64,000 nucleotides of DNA. Source: Bispira polyomma (taxonomy: Eukaryota). Under the pieces are notes generated by a model. That model was not told where the DNA came from, ran no database searches, and was given only the letters and a program-made list of their open reading frames with translations. Both the position numbers and the translations under genes were made by a program. Positions 25,680 through 40,200 of this stretch are shown here, one piece after another. Position 1 is the stretch's first letter. Each line of letters begins with the position of its first letter. Location: positions 18,104,001 to 18,168,000 of the forward strand of contig OZ287758.1 in assembly GCA_965649765.1 (NCBI GenBank), given 5' to 3'.

Positions 25680-26560
25680 AGTTGGATGAATACTTGCTAG
25701 TTCATAAGAAATGCCTAGTTAGTCACTTTATCCTTAAAACACAGCACTATTTACATGGAGTGAAATAGGCTGATAAGTAACTGTTCAGTATATTATATTT
25801 CTTTATCCTTGAAATACAGCACCATTTAAATAAGTGAAATGGGCTGCTGATTGAATACTTACTAGCACACAAGTAACTGTTTAGCGAGGTACATTGCTTT
25901 ATCCTTGAAAAACAGCACCATTTACATGGAGTGAAGTTGAATTCTTACTGGTTTACAAAACTGTCCAGTGAAGTTATTCTCTTTATCCTTAAGAGACAGC
26001 ACTACTTACATAGTAGGCTAGGCTGTTGGTTAAATACTTACTGTTTTGTCAGTAACTGTCCAGTTGAAGTAATTTTCTTTATCCTTGAAATACAGCGCCA
26101 TTTACATTAAGTGAAGTGGTTTGCTGGTTGAATGTTACTGGTCTATTAAACTGTCCAGTGAAGTTATTCTTTTTATACTTAAAGGGCAAGTCTACTTATA
26201 TGATGTTGAATAGGCTGTTAGTTGAATACTTACTGGTTCTTAAGAAATTGTTCAGTGAAATATTTTTCAGTTACCTTAAGGTACAACGTTACTTATCTTG
26301 TAGTGAAGTGAGTTGTTGATTGACTACTTACTGGTGCCAAGACATTTATCAGTGAAGTAGTTTTCTTCTTCTTTTTACTACAATTCGTCTTTTATTATCT
26401 GAGTGGTCTGTTGGTTGAACACTTTTTTGGACATAAGGAACTGTTCAGTGAAGTGACCTTATTGATCTTGGCAGAACAGCATTACTTATCACAAAGTGAA
26501 GTAGTTCTGTTTGGTTGTATACTTCCTGATTTTATAAGAAATTGTCCAGTGACGTAATGG
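25680..26560 (+). repeat. Degenerate ~75-96 bp tandem array inside the DIRS element
   Basis: ctttatccttgaaatacagcacc recurs at ~25727, 25801, 25898, 25981, 26077 and further on. Confidence 0.75.
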
Positions 26561-29500
26561 CCCTTATACCGTCTACATACATTTATGTATGTGCTGATGA
26601 CTTGTCTGTTTCTCTTGCAAGGCTTTCATTGAGTGGCATCCTGTGAAAAGATCAGCTGTGGGATGTCATGTCATTTTGATGACGGTTCAGCATAATAGCC
26701 AGATGACATTATCTTCTTGGCCTATTGACATACATATATGGTATAGTCATATCGGTATAGAACGCGGCACTACTTGTTTTCCAGTTAGGTAGTTGACTGT
26801 TTTGTCAGACTTACATGCTTCTCCTGAAGTGTCAAGAGTAAGTCTAATGCCTTATCCTCAACAATTAATGCTTTAAAACTCCTTAATTCCTTAGGTGGGG
26901 CTCTGTTTTACACAAATAACCCTCCTCCTTCAAGGTTGGATTCAAGCATTAGTAAGGATAAGGTAAAGTATTTATCGCAAAAAAATGTAAAAATTTTATT
27001 GTAATTTATCTTTTTGGAAGATAAATACTTACCTTATCCTCACTAAACTGGATCCCGTCCCAGCCAGCTCCACTTTTATTTGTGGAAACGTCTCCCAAAT
27101 TAATTGTGAAGGCACTTCCCGCGCATGCGCAGTGAGGTTGGCGAGAATAATTTAAGTCAAATCACAAGAATAGTCTTAGAAAAAAAGACTGATGTGTTTT
27201 TTATTGTCGAATATTTAGGTGCACTAAATTAAAAGCATTAGTGAGGATAAGGTAAGTATTTATCTTCCAAAAAGATAAATTACAATAAAATTTTTACAAT
27301 TTATTTTTTTATTTCGTTTGTAAAATAAAATTTAACCTTTAACCTCCCAATTACCACATATTTTGTTATGCCCATTTTTTGTGGAGCCAATCAGATTCGT
27401 AGGTTTCAAAAGGCATTTATACATGTGACAAAGACTAGGGTTGGGGATGTATATACAGTAGAATCTGTGTAAGTCGAATGTGCAATATCCACCATAATTA
27501 CTTCGAATTATGGTAAATTCTGTCAGACCAAAAAACTCTTAACACTTGCAGTAAGTATGGGCGATAATAACGTATGTCTAGTATGACGACATATAGGCAC
27601 TCGTAAAATTAACTATTTTAAAGTACAAACATCTTTCTTAGTTTTAAGGAATCTACTAAGTACATTCCAATTTCAATTTATACAACCAAATTGCACTTAG
27701 TGTACATAAAAATAGTTATAGCTCGAAGGCGGTAATTTATGCAAATAAGATGAAAGGCGGCCCGTGTCATATAAAATAGGATTAATTCAAAGTGATTTTT
27801 GGGTAAGTTTATGTATATTTTGATGAATGTTATGGATCAGACATCTAAATAACCTTAATTGGAAATAAATATATCTCCACTAAATGCTCTTTTTAACAAT
27901 AGCCGTATACAAATATGTGGCTCATGAGGACATACAAAATAACAATAGTGGACGGCGACCAGTTAACGCCCACCCAAACACACAAAAACGGAAATTAAAA
28001 ATATTTCCCAGTCACAGACCACCCGTGTATTTTCGGACAAGCAACATGGGCACCTCGAATCCGTTTTGCAATCGTGTCTCACGGATCTGCCCCACCTAGA
28101 AACAAGTATTTTACCAAATAACCTGTAATATCGCTCATAAAGGTACGAAATAACAGTACCAATTGACGCCCACCCTCATTCAAACGACAAAAAAAATATT
28201 TGTGGATTAAATGATAATCCTAATTTCACTTCAATTACCAATTTTATGCTCTATTATCACTGAAACATCTGTGGTTTGAATCTTTTAATGCATCATGGAA
28301 ATTTGTTTATTTTTTCTTTACGGTAGGCATGAGAGTAATCATTATTTGGTCCATATTTCTATTGAAACAACAACTTCTACTGCAAACCCATCAAGTGTTA
28401 AAATGGATCTGTGAAGCGTAAATTTTGACACCTTTGATTATTGTGAGGGACATACAAAGGTCAAAACTTATTTTTATATACAAGCAATGAAATTATTACT
28501 TCAATACTTAAAGTCTTAATTAGATGTATGATTATAAATAATAATAATGATATTTCCATTGTGTTTACTATATATTATATATTTATGCAACAACTTTTTG
28601 AGTTTTAAAGCCTATTAAACTCAATGTCAAGAAATGTATCACAAATCCAATAGGTCATTTAAGTTCAGCTCAATCATTTCTGTAAAAAACAAAATACCCA
28701 GTGAAACCAAGAATATGTGATTTGGTGATTCACTTCCTACGTACAGGGATCTGTGTAGTAGTCTTAATACAGGCTTATATTTTGCACATTTTTAATTCTT
28801 CAATATTTATGTTTTATTAAACGTTTACTCTCTTATTATAAAGCTATTATATATATTCTGCAGTGACAATGTATCTATTACTGACCAAACATTGTTCATT
28901 CATGTTTCAGTATTTTATAATGTTTTTCAACTGATTATACATTGTTTTAACACTTCCAGCATGTGTATTTATAATTTTTGCTCATATTAAGTATTTATTG
29001 GAAAGGTTATTCACTGCCCAATTAAATTTTGTGATTATAAAAAGAGTATTTTTAATGATAATTCAATTCAGGTGTAATGTTTAAAGGAAATTTGTTTGGA
29101 CTTATAAAAAGGAGCTAGTTTGTTTCCTCTCAAAGGATATAGCTAACTACAGGACATGCTATCGGCTGTGTGTGACCAGCATTAAACCATAGAGTGGGAA
29201 TGTAATTGTTTAAACGAAGTAATATGCACTTGACACCTATTTTTACCTAACTTTGATAAATGTAAAAAATAATCAAAAACATGCATGCAACATGTTGAAT
29301 GTTGTGAAGTATTTGTTAAAGTCCGGATATCATCAAAACAGATACACTGGAGTTTGCATTGCAATAACAACAAGTAGGTACAGGTGTGTAAACTGCAGAA
29401 AGGGCAATACCGATTAATAACTGCAGATTCATCATAATTTCTGTGGTGCTTTCTACCAGGTTGTACCTATGGTTGAAAATTTAAACAGTGAGTAAATGAT

Positions 29501-32500
29501 AGACTAATGAGTTGTCAACTGGAGTTGACAATGTCATACATCATTTCATATGTTATCCATTAAAGGATTAATATTTTGTTGATGTGAAGGTACTTCACAT
29601 TGTTTTTCTTCAGTCACAGTTGGCTCTGTCTGTGTGAATTTAGTTAAGCAGATACACTCTTGCAAAGTGTCCAAATAATACGCATTATTAACTTTTCCAA
29701 GCATCAATTGTTTACTTTCCCCACACTAAATTAACCAAAGTTGAAGACTCGTAATAAGTGAACCAGGTTGGACTGGTCACGATTAACAGCTTGACAGAAT
29801 CCATGGTGAATAAGTCGTGGCCTAGAAGCTGTACAGCTGTTAAAAGAGTAATTATCCATAGATGATCTAAGCTTACATGCGTGTCGCTAAAGATCTATGC
29901 TCAGAACATATATTTCAAAAGTAGCAACAATACCATATACCCGGTGCAATGTGGAAATATTCGTGTGTGCGAATTTTGATTAATTTTGGAGGTACAGAAT
30001 GAAAAATAGCCAGTTACTCAATTCAAACATATCAAACTCCAACTTCAATGTACTTTTTGCAACCTTCATTTTTTCAATTTATATTTACCTGTAAAAGTGT
30101 AACATGTGTGAGTGAAACTGCAGTTAAATATAATGAGCCCACATTGAAAGTTTTTCTCATTACTTAAACGTTGAAACTCATGGAAAAAGTTATTGCTTTT
30201 TGACATAGTTTGGCTTCAATTCCAAAGCAAGAACTGATGACTATCCATCAGTCAGTCCAAAGTCAGGTTAAAGGTGGTGGAGTTTAATTGTTACAAATGA
30301 CCAACAGATCTAAATATGTAGAGTATGTTGCAGCTGCCATTGCATAGTTTCCAGAAGGTGTCTTCCACTGTTGCTGTTTCGGCAATAGCAATACGGTTAT
30401 TTAATCTCGGCCTACCGGCAGATACATAGTGGCTTGGAGGAGCACTGACAATTGGGAAGCAATGCACACAAAAAAGCTTTACTATAGGTCAATGGCAATG
30501 CATTGTCTTCCAACCTCAATCATAGTGTCTTCTATTCTCAATCAAAGTATGTGTCTGGAATAAAGTTGGCAGTACACTTGCTGACGGCTGGTGGTTTGTA
30601 AAGCAGGCAAACCTTAACCAAATGTCCAAATAAGATTCCCCTACACATTGGCAGCATCCACAAAGGTAGAGACATTCGAAGCTGTTGCAGTCATTAACTG
30701 AAGTATATTAAGGTAAAAATGGAATCAAGTGTAACCTCAACTTAATTGCCAATACTTTCACAAGAGCCCACCTCTACTTTTCAATAATTACTGTTAAAAT
30801 TTTGAATGAAAAAAACACATTCTCTTTACAGTCCATCCCTACATTTTCTTAAGTTCAAGTTAAAAGCCCATGGGCTATGATGAGGGAGTTTAGGGTAAGC
30901 AACCTACACAAAGCAAGGCTAGTGACACTGAAAGGGAGAGGCACTTCTCAAATGTTAATAACTGCATGCAGCCTGAAAACATAAACTGAATGAACAGCAG
31001 CGGCACCAAAACCAACAGTTAACTGTAACAACAAGCAATTAAAGCAAGGAGAGTAGCAGTTGCAGAAAAGAGAATATGTCATTGTAAGTAAGGATATACT
31101 ATAACAGAATGGACAAAGTGGACATAATTATGAAAGACAGATAAAGCCAAGACCTATAATTATGCCCTTTGTATGACAGTAGCATACAACTTCTTCACTA
31201 GCTATATTTGCAAGATTTCCAAACAAAAGCAACACATAGAGCAGCAATTTAACAAAATACAGTTATGTACAATCAACTACAATTAGCACATTTAAATGTT
31301 TCCTTCAAAGCATCCATACGGACCCCAAGGCATATGCAGTGGAACCACTTGTTGTAGGTGTCGCAACATACCCATTGTATAGCCGAACTTTTGCCTTTAC
31401 CCCGGCCCTTCTTTAGAGGTGGCACTTCCAGGTGGCACTGTTGACATTTGTCCGAAGTTATCAGCTCTTCATCAAGAAATGGCTCCTGCTTGGGAGCACT
31501 CTTGTTCTTCCCCTCCATCTTCCGTTGAAGATCGCTCTCTAACTCTATGCCAGTTGTACGTGCCAAGTTGCACGTGACAAGTCGCTTCTTCTCTTTTGCA
31601 GGGTTGTTGTCTTTTAGAACTCCAAATGCAATCTGCACAGCGGGGGGAAGCTGCCTCACTGAAGGTAATGGATGGGGATATAGGCCACAGAGTTCACAGG
31701 GAGTGCTGCTGCTGGTGGTACCAACTGCCTCAGAAAGGACGCTAGGGGCCGCACTTGAAGTTGATGTTATCGAGGACACGGTCATCCCTGATGTGGAGGG
31801 ACATTGGTGGACACTGTACAATGTTAGATATTGGAATTAGACATTACCTCGAACATGTTGTTACTCGTGCTGACATGTATTAATGAACAATTACTGAGGC
31901 AAATCTCATTATTCACATACAATGAACGTGTCAAGATTAAACAAAGTTATATACACCATGGACCACAAAGTGGGATAGAAAGAGTTGTGAATATATTAGT
32001 AGCCAGTATACAATTGACGTTGACACCAGGTATGAATGTTCGACGCTATTGACAGTCTGTGTAAACAGAATTAAATAATTTATTCCATTCACTTGACTGT
32101 TGCCAGATCTTTGCCTGTGGTCTAAATCAAACATCATTGCATGTGTCACTGACATGGAGCACTTGAATTCCTATTCCAATTGCAACACCTAAACCTTTAA
32201 GTTATAATGACAGAGTTACGCATTATTGCTGAAGTTACTGTTACATCATAGTCAGCAGAAATTAATTATTACATACAGTTTGTCAAAGAATGTGTGCCTG
32301 TTTAATGGTAAACACAGGCATAAGACATGATAATACGCATAAGAAAGTTTTTTTCAGACATTCTACTGAAACCTACCCAGCACACTTAACCTTTGAAAGG
32401 TCAATAGCAGTAGGGTCGAATGGCCACAGTCCCGACCTCTGAAATGAACTTTTAACCAGAGATGGGGTAACAGCCAACCTAATTTGGTTGGGTTTAGCGT

Positions 32501-32691
32501 GCACCAGTTAAGTACCATTTTAAAATTTCCGTTTCGCGATTTGTAAAATTCTTACTGGTACCTCGAGTTATGGCGAAAAACATTACACATTTTGATTAAT
32601 TACAGTTCTTTTTATCATATTTACTTTGTCTGTCTTATAGGGCTTTTCTTGCCATTTATCACCTAGCTGTTTAACCTTCTGTTATTATCGC

Positions 32692-33032
32692 CCACATTTC
32701 CCGTTTTACGCATTCGTTTTTCTTCTGCTATTTTCGCATTTCCTTTTCTTCTATGTGACTTAGTTCACATATTTTTTATACTACAAGTGTTTTTACATAG
32801 AATAGACTACATCTTTTATTTTGATTCTGTCTAGCTGTGATTTATATTTGGTTCTTTTTCTTGCCACATTCCCCGTTTTACGCATTCGTTTTTTTCTGCT
32901 ATTTTCGCATTTCCTTTTCTTTTATGTGACTTTGTTCACATATTTTTATACTACAAGTGTTTTTACATAGAATAGACTACATCTTTTATCTTATTCTGTC
33001 TAGCTGTAATTTATATTTGGTTCTTTTTCTTG
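32692..33032 (+). repeat. Two tandem ~172-bp units in the LINE 5' region
   Basis: ccacatt-cccgttttacgcattcg... starts at 32692 and again at 32864. Confidence 0.85.
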
Positions 33033-33054
33033 CTACTGCTCCTTCACCTCTGAG

Positions 33055-36000
33055 ATGTGGAAGTTCTGTTTAACACTTCTCCCGTGTATGATTCTGGCCA
33101 GTGTCAGATTACATAAATGGAGCGCCTGCTCTCCATCCAATACACCTTTTTTCGACCAATTTGCACTTGGTCCATCTCTACTAGCCTCCCTGGATAAGGT
33201 GAACACTTCTTTTTTAGCCTTTCAAATTCACATTACCCGCCGTCCAAACCCCAGGGTTAACAGTATTTGGATCCCTCTGTTGACTGCGCTCTGCGGGGAT
33301 GTCAGCATTAATCTGGGCCCCCCAGCATCCTTGCTTAAGATCGGTGCATTTAATGCCTGTTCCTTGCGGGATAAGGCACCTGGGGCTATCGACTTAGTCA
33401 TAGCCCAGGACCTGGATGTTGCTGCCCTCTCCGAGACGTGGCTCAGCAGTAGGGATACAACATCCTTTTTATCGGATATTACTCCTCCGGGCTACAAATT
33501 TCATCAGTTCCCCAGGTTGCACAAACGCGGGGGAGGAGTTGGCATTTTTGTGAAAAATACCCTTTCCTGTGAAATTCTAAAAAACCAGTCCTACTCGTCT
33601 TTCGAACACATTTCATGCAAAATTTCAAACGGTTATCATTCATTCCTAGTTTCCTCCTTTTACAGACCACCCATCCCTTCTTTAACTAGTTTTACTCAAG
33701 AGTTTTCCGAATTCCTTGAGACCCTTAACCTTCTCCCATTTGAAGCTATCAACATCAAGCTCGACATAGAAAATACTACGACAAAAGATTTCAACACCCT
33801 CCTTAAGACTTTTGGGTTCTCACAGTTTATCTCTACTTCAACCCACATCCACAATCACATACTCGATCTGGTAATCGCAAGACCAAATTCAAATCTCATC
33901 AGAGAATCATGGGTAACTGATGGGATTTCAGATCACCTAGCAACCTTCGCCTATTTAAATTTACCAATACCTGCCTCACATAAACCTCGTGTCATAAAAT
34001 ATAGAAACATCAGAAAAATTAATATAAACAAATTCAGAGACGATATCCTGGAAACTAATCTCATCAAACATCCATGCAAAAATGCTGAAAGCCTTAGCTT
34101 ACAATACAATCACTGCCTTTCTACTGTCCTTGATAAACATGCGCCATGGGTATCAAAAACCCTTCCCCCAACTAACAACCATGAATGGACCAATGCCGCC
34201 ATTACAGAAGCCAAAAGACGCAAACGCCAACTTGAGCGTCAATGGCGACACACAAAATCCTCCTTAGACAGAAGCCGTTACCGTATCGCCACAAATAATT
34301 ACAACAGGCTAATAACTGATGCCAAAAAGCAACACTACGACTCCATCATCACCGAAAATCAGGATAATCCCAAAAGGTTATGGGCCTCCATAAACAAAAT
34401 TCTACATCGAACATCAGAGAAAGTTCTCCCCATAAACCACTGTCTTACTTTTTTAGCAGAAAAATTTGGAAAATTTTTTATAGAAAAAATCAGCAACATT
34501 CGTGACGCCTTCCCAACGATACATCACTTCAATCCTCCAGCCCCAGGATATAAGGTTTGTAACCTGTTTCATTTTAGTACACTGTCAGAGCTTGAAGTTC
34601 TGAAACTCATCAAATCCTCTACTATTAAATCTTGTGACTTAGATCCCATCCCAGCAGTTATTCTGAGTCAATGTCTTTCCCACCTGTTTCAAGACGGCAA
34701 ATGTAACTCCCTTGATTAAAAAACAAGGGCTTGATAAAAACCATCTCAAAAACTACAGACCGGTGTCAAATCTTAGCTTCGTCTCAAAAGTCATCGAGAA
34801 AGCTGTGGCTAAACAAATTTCTGACCACCTTAATAGACAAAACATTGAAAATCGCCACCAGTCTGCTTATAGAAAATTTCACTCTACAGAAAGTGCCCTT
34901 TTTTCCATCAGCAATGATGTCAATCTTGCACAGGACCACAACGACACAGTGGCCCTCACCCTTCTGGATCTCTCAGCTGCATTCGACACTATTGATCATG
35001 TCCTGCTCTGTGACACTCTCAAGCAGTGGTTCGGTATAAATGGCAGTGTCCTTAAATGGATCAGATCCTACCTTACTCTTAGGGCACAAAGAATTAAACT
35101 AGATGATCACCTATCATCTTCCATAAAACTTCCATATGGAGTACCCCAGGGATCCGTCCTTGGTCCTCTACTTTTCACCCTTTATACACATCCTCTCAGC
35201 ACTGTCATCAATAAACACAATATAAAACGCCACATGTATGCAGACGACACTCAAGTCTATTTCTCCCTCAATCCACAAAACGCAGATACTAACATAGACC
35301 TACTTGCAGACTGTCTGTCTGATGTCCAGGCATGGATGAACTACTCCAAACTAAAGCTTAACCCTGACAAAACAGAATTCATCCTCATAGGAAACAAGAA
35401 AAACAGTGAACTCCTAAAATCTTTGTTTCCCATCTCCCTGCTGGGAAAAGACATACTACCTTCCAAAAATGCTAAAAACCTGGGTGTCACTTTTGATTCA
35501 GCTTTTTCGTTCGATACTCATGTTGCCAACATCTGTCGCTCCTGCTATTACCACATACGCGACATCAAAAGAATCAGAAACCACTTGTCCATGGACACAG
35601 CGATAATTGTGTTAAATGCCCTTGTAAGTAGCCGCCTCGACTACTGCAATTCTCTCTTGTACGAAGCAAATAAGTCAAACATTAAAAAGCTCCAGTCCAT
35701 CCAAAACTACCTATGTAGGGTCATTTTTCGCCTGGGTTGTCGCACAGACGTTACTCCTTACCTCAAAAAATTACACTGGTTGCCCATTAAATCTCGAATT
35801 TTGTTTAAAATTCACGTTACCACTTTTAAGGCTGTAATCACTCAACAGCCACCCTACCTTGCCTCCCTTCTTTCCTTTAGTAACCGCAAGACAGGCAACA
35901 GACTCTCTGTCACTTCGGTCAGACCAATCAGAAAGGCGGGTTTCAGAGCGTTCTCCACCGCAGCTCCACGGTTATGAAACAGTCTCCCAGTTGACCTCAG

Positions 36001-36073
36001 ATCAGTTGACACACTTATCGGTTTTAGGAAAAAGCTTAAAACCTATCTTTTTAATCTTGCCTATCCACCTTAG
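33055..36073 (+). pseudogene. LINE ORF2 (endonuclease + reverse transcriptase)
   Basis: ORFs 33055-34719 and 34712-35977 are joined by a deletion/frameshift near 34685. TGA replaces Trp in RL(W)NSLP at 35975. The GDF motif of the APE domain is missing. Confidence 0.88.
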
Positions 36074-37207
36074 CTTTCCTCGTGCACGCTCCCACTTCCT
36101 TCCTTACGACTCTGCAATTTCCATGGACTTAATGATTGGACTAATGATTCTGCTGTTGCGCTTTAGAAGATGCCTAGCATCAACAAAGCGCGTTAAAAAT
36201 CTATAATAATAATAATAATGCTGTTTCTCCAAGTAATAGGGAACAATGACCTTGACATTTTAGTGCACGTGGCTGCACGACCTGCAGTGATGCACAAGCT
36301 ACGGTATTTTTGGTTCAGAGGACCAAAAACACCAACATCTAACGGCTGTAATATATGTGTGGTGTGAGGAGGCAATCCTAGGAACTCCACCTGAAATATC
36401 CGGTTGCATATGCAGTGAAAAAGTAACACAATTGTCATCAAGAGGGACTGCCACAAACTGGATCAACATTTGCCCATTCAATACCAGGTAATTGTTATCA
36501 ACTACAACATCTGTACTGCAGTGCTATGTGGGAAGAAGCAAGGTATATATTGGAATAAGCAAGCACAGGTGTCAAAGGCATGCAATTCTTGTTAGAAGGC
36601 TGGGGTACATGTTACAAAACAATTTATATGTGCAGCAGTTATGACTAAGGTACATGAAGTTGCTGCTTGTTGCAAATTGAAGTGTGTTTGTCCAATGGGT
36701 CCATTTTGAACATTATAGTAGAAGGCGTCTTTATAAACTAGATAGAAACAAACCTGGTTTTCTTTTGCAAGTTTAATAACTTCTGCTGAAATGTGGCTGA
36801 CATGGTTGTCCATGATCAACAATACCGGCTTGTCTGGCCCACAGTGCTTCATAAAAATTTCCTTAAACCACTGACAAAACAGCTCTTTATCCATGTAACC
36901 TGTGGCAAAAATGATGATATTGACAGTGACAAAGATCAAACAATAAACAATGCTGCAATTGAGGGACAACATGTAACAGGTTTGTAGTTGTATTCCTCCT
37001 TCTACAATGATATACATACCATTGGGACTGTAACCGTAAAGCCATGACTTTGGCAGATCATCCCTCAAACAAACATTCGGCAGGCCCTTCTCAAAAATAA
37101 GGAATGAAGGGAGCACTCGTCCATCGGCGCAAATGCAGGTCATACCTGTGATGTGGTCTATATTGGAAACCTATTCAGTAAGCAGAGCGTATGAATCATA
37201 CATAGGT

Positions 37208-40200
37208 AACAAGATAAGAGTGGCCCATAGGGCCACATGTAGATTGTCTCACTCAGTACTTGTTTAATACGATGAAGCTATTATGACGACAGATGACAAA
37301 TAAAGTATTATCTATTTTATCAACTAGATTTCAGATAAAAAAATTCTGTCTGCAAAATAATATATGGTCAATAATCATATTTTCGGCTCATTTGACGTTT
37401 CTACCAATAATGAAGAATGAATCATTGTTTTAAACATAGATCTTACTTAACAAAATTACAAAAATATACTAATGGCACTTCATATACCTTAATATTCTAA
37501 AACGGCCCACAAAACCATAAGGATTAATTATTTCTTTAATAGGTCGAAAATACAGTGAACTATGATCAAACATTTATATCTGTAAACAAATCACTTTTTG
37601 TCCGCAAAAAAATATTTACATCTGTAAATTACCTTCCATTCACTGACGACTTGTTTTTATAGGTAGACAGGTTGACAGATAAAACAAAAATACATATTGA
37701 TATGTAATGTGTGAAATTTATTTATATTAACATTAAATATATATTTTTTTTAAAAAAGATTATTTTGTTTTCGAAAAAAATATCTATGTATTTGTACATG
37801 GGCAAACAAAGAACTTATAGTATTGTTAGGCCAATAAATTTACGAGGAGACTATTATACCGACGTAGTTGGCATTTTAACTCCCAATATATTTTGCCGCC
37901 AGTCAGTAACATTACAAATATAAGCTGAATTTGCTATTTTGTTGACAATTCAGTCACCGAAAATAAATTTGCTGAATCCTTACATTTTTTTTATTGTTTG
38001 TCGGGATGTATGCCACTCGTTAATACAGTTGATTATTGCTCACACAATATAAAAGATCCATAAAATATTAACATTTGCACATTTTGGCCTGGTTACATCG
38101 AATAAAATTTTAGATTTAGTCAAATAACCTACATTTCATTCCATATTCCTATATATGTTTTAAAATATCAGACGTTTTTTACAAAAACATCGCTACGGGA
38201 AACGGCCATATTTGTTTTGGGTTTCCATATAGTTAATACTGAAACTCGCGAGTACCTGAATTCGAGTCAGGTTTCCGAACACGAGCACTCGAAGCAATTA
38301 TTTTGCACCGTCCCACCCCTACTATGGGAGAGCACCCAGAAATACCAACATCCATATACGGCAGCTAAAATTTTTACTTACCTTATACTTGGCAAGCATG
38401 TCAATAGCTATACCAAAATATAACGGATATTAATGGCGAAATTCATGGAATAAATTAGGTGATCTCATCAGCTGTTTCATCGATGAATAGTTTTCGTTGT
38501 TTTTGTCCATGAAAGTAGAGCAGGGAGTAAGGCTAATTTATTCTCATGAAGACACAAAATTGACCCAAAAAGTCGATTGTCGGCAAAATACCTTGGGAGT
38601 TAAAATGCCGACTACGACGGTATAATAGTCACTTCAATAAATTTAATTAATTTGAAGTTATGACACAGGGAATTAATTTGAACTTATGGCACAGGGATTT
38701 TTTTTATTTTACCGCACTTTTCCCTTTTAAAGAGGTACATACTACACCTCAAATATCACTTGGATTTGGAATAGACTCGGGGAAAAAAACACCCTGGAGG
38801 AAAAACGCTTTGGAAATTTAAACTGGTTACAGAGCTGTATCTAGATGAATACTTACCTAAAATTTTTGTTTTAGTATCACCAAAAATTTCTTGTTATATA
38901 CCTTCCGATAGATTTCACCAAATTTAAATCAAATGATTAAACACATTATTATTAATTGCATGAATTTGGACTTTCTTAAATATATTTATTATGATTATCA
39001 AGAATTATAAATTTGATTAATGTAATATAAGAAACTAAAGTTTGTTGTTTCACAAATTCAATATATTTGTTGTCAGCTTCAATGATGAAACTGCTTTTTA
39101 AATTTGAAAAACACATCATTATTAAGAAAGTTACAAGCTTTGAAGTTAGTGTGATGGAGTTGGAATGTAACAGGAAGAAAACGCCCTTGAAAAATACGCC
39201 CTGGAAAAAAAAACGCCCTGCGGAAGTGGGGAGATACAGTCCAACTTAAAAAATATGTTCATAATCATTATATTTTATTAGAATTTGATAAACCTACCAC
39301 AAGGTACATTAAAACAGCTTACTGTTGGTACCAAGACCAATATTTTTGGTGGAGTATCCAGGAAAAGATATCCATATCTCTTGACCTTCACAACGTTTCG
39401 ACCTGTTTTTCCTCAGATCGTTCGACCCTCTTTTTTTTAGGTTCGACCTAAAATTATGTTTTAGTTCACTATACAGATAGAATAAAACTATTTTATTGGC
39501 ATTATTGTGCTTTTTGTTTCATCAAAAGCCGTAAGAAAATGGTTAAAATATTTAAGTTTTAATTAAAAATATCCTTCGACCCATTTTTTTTTTAAATTAT
39601 ATCTGCCATTTTTACTGTATGCTACATAATGAAAGACAAGATATAAGGTAATATATGTTAGCGATTACTGCCGAGTCAAAGGTCAGAAACAGTTAAATAT
39701 CCGGCCTAAATATCCTAATATGGAAGTAAGTGATAGATTGCCTAATTTGCATCAAATTCTTTCATTGTCGCTTATATACACGTGCTTCACTTCCCCAATC
39801 AATAGAATAGACGTGGGTAGATATACATTTGCTTTAATAATATTATTATTATCGGAGCCGTGGAAGAAAGGTAAAACTTTAATCCATGCTACCTAGACTG
39901 AGTTTTCAGTCCTCGCTGATGCTTTGATTTATTAACAGCACCACGAGGGACAGAGTAGTCTACTATAGCAAATCATTGTGGATCTAACACGGCAGTTTAC
40001 TATATACTATACAACGGGAAATATACGTCAATTTTTTCAAATCATTGTATTTTATTAATGAAGTACTTTTAGGTTGGCTGTAAGTTATAATATTGTGGCT
40101 ATTGGATGAATCAATATAACCACAAACTACATAAGAAAATGATTCCTTTTGTCTGTTATATGTGCCATTACACATTTACAACAATTTGCTATAGTAAGAA

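Larger units (their letters stand above)
20468..27298 (+). mobile_element. DIRS1-type retroelement with decayed ORFs but intact ITRs and internal complementary region
   Basis: Left ITR 20468-20564 + 22391-~22465 is inverted to ~27110-27265. ICR 26944-27046 has halves complementary to the left and right termini. Relics: YL(D)D-like sequence at ~23178, HVNMAEF (RNase H HINxLE-like) at ~24017. Confidence 0.75.
32484..36219 (+). mobile_element. L2/CR1-group non-LTR retrotransposon (APE + RT), defective, (AAT)n tail
   Basis: APE motifs (SETWL, RGGGVG, YRPP, LDL, SDH) and RT motifs (NYRPVSNL, LLDLSAAFDT, GVPQGSVLGP, YADDTQ). Boundaries are fixed by the interrupted transposase exon. Confidence 0.93.

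Noticed and set aside
31547-31840. + strand ORFs over the transposase and YR element (e.g. 31547, 46626, 48473, 49317-50771)
   Set aside because: Antisense shadows of real coding frames.
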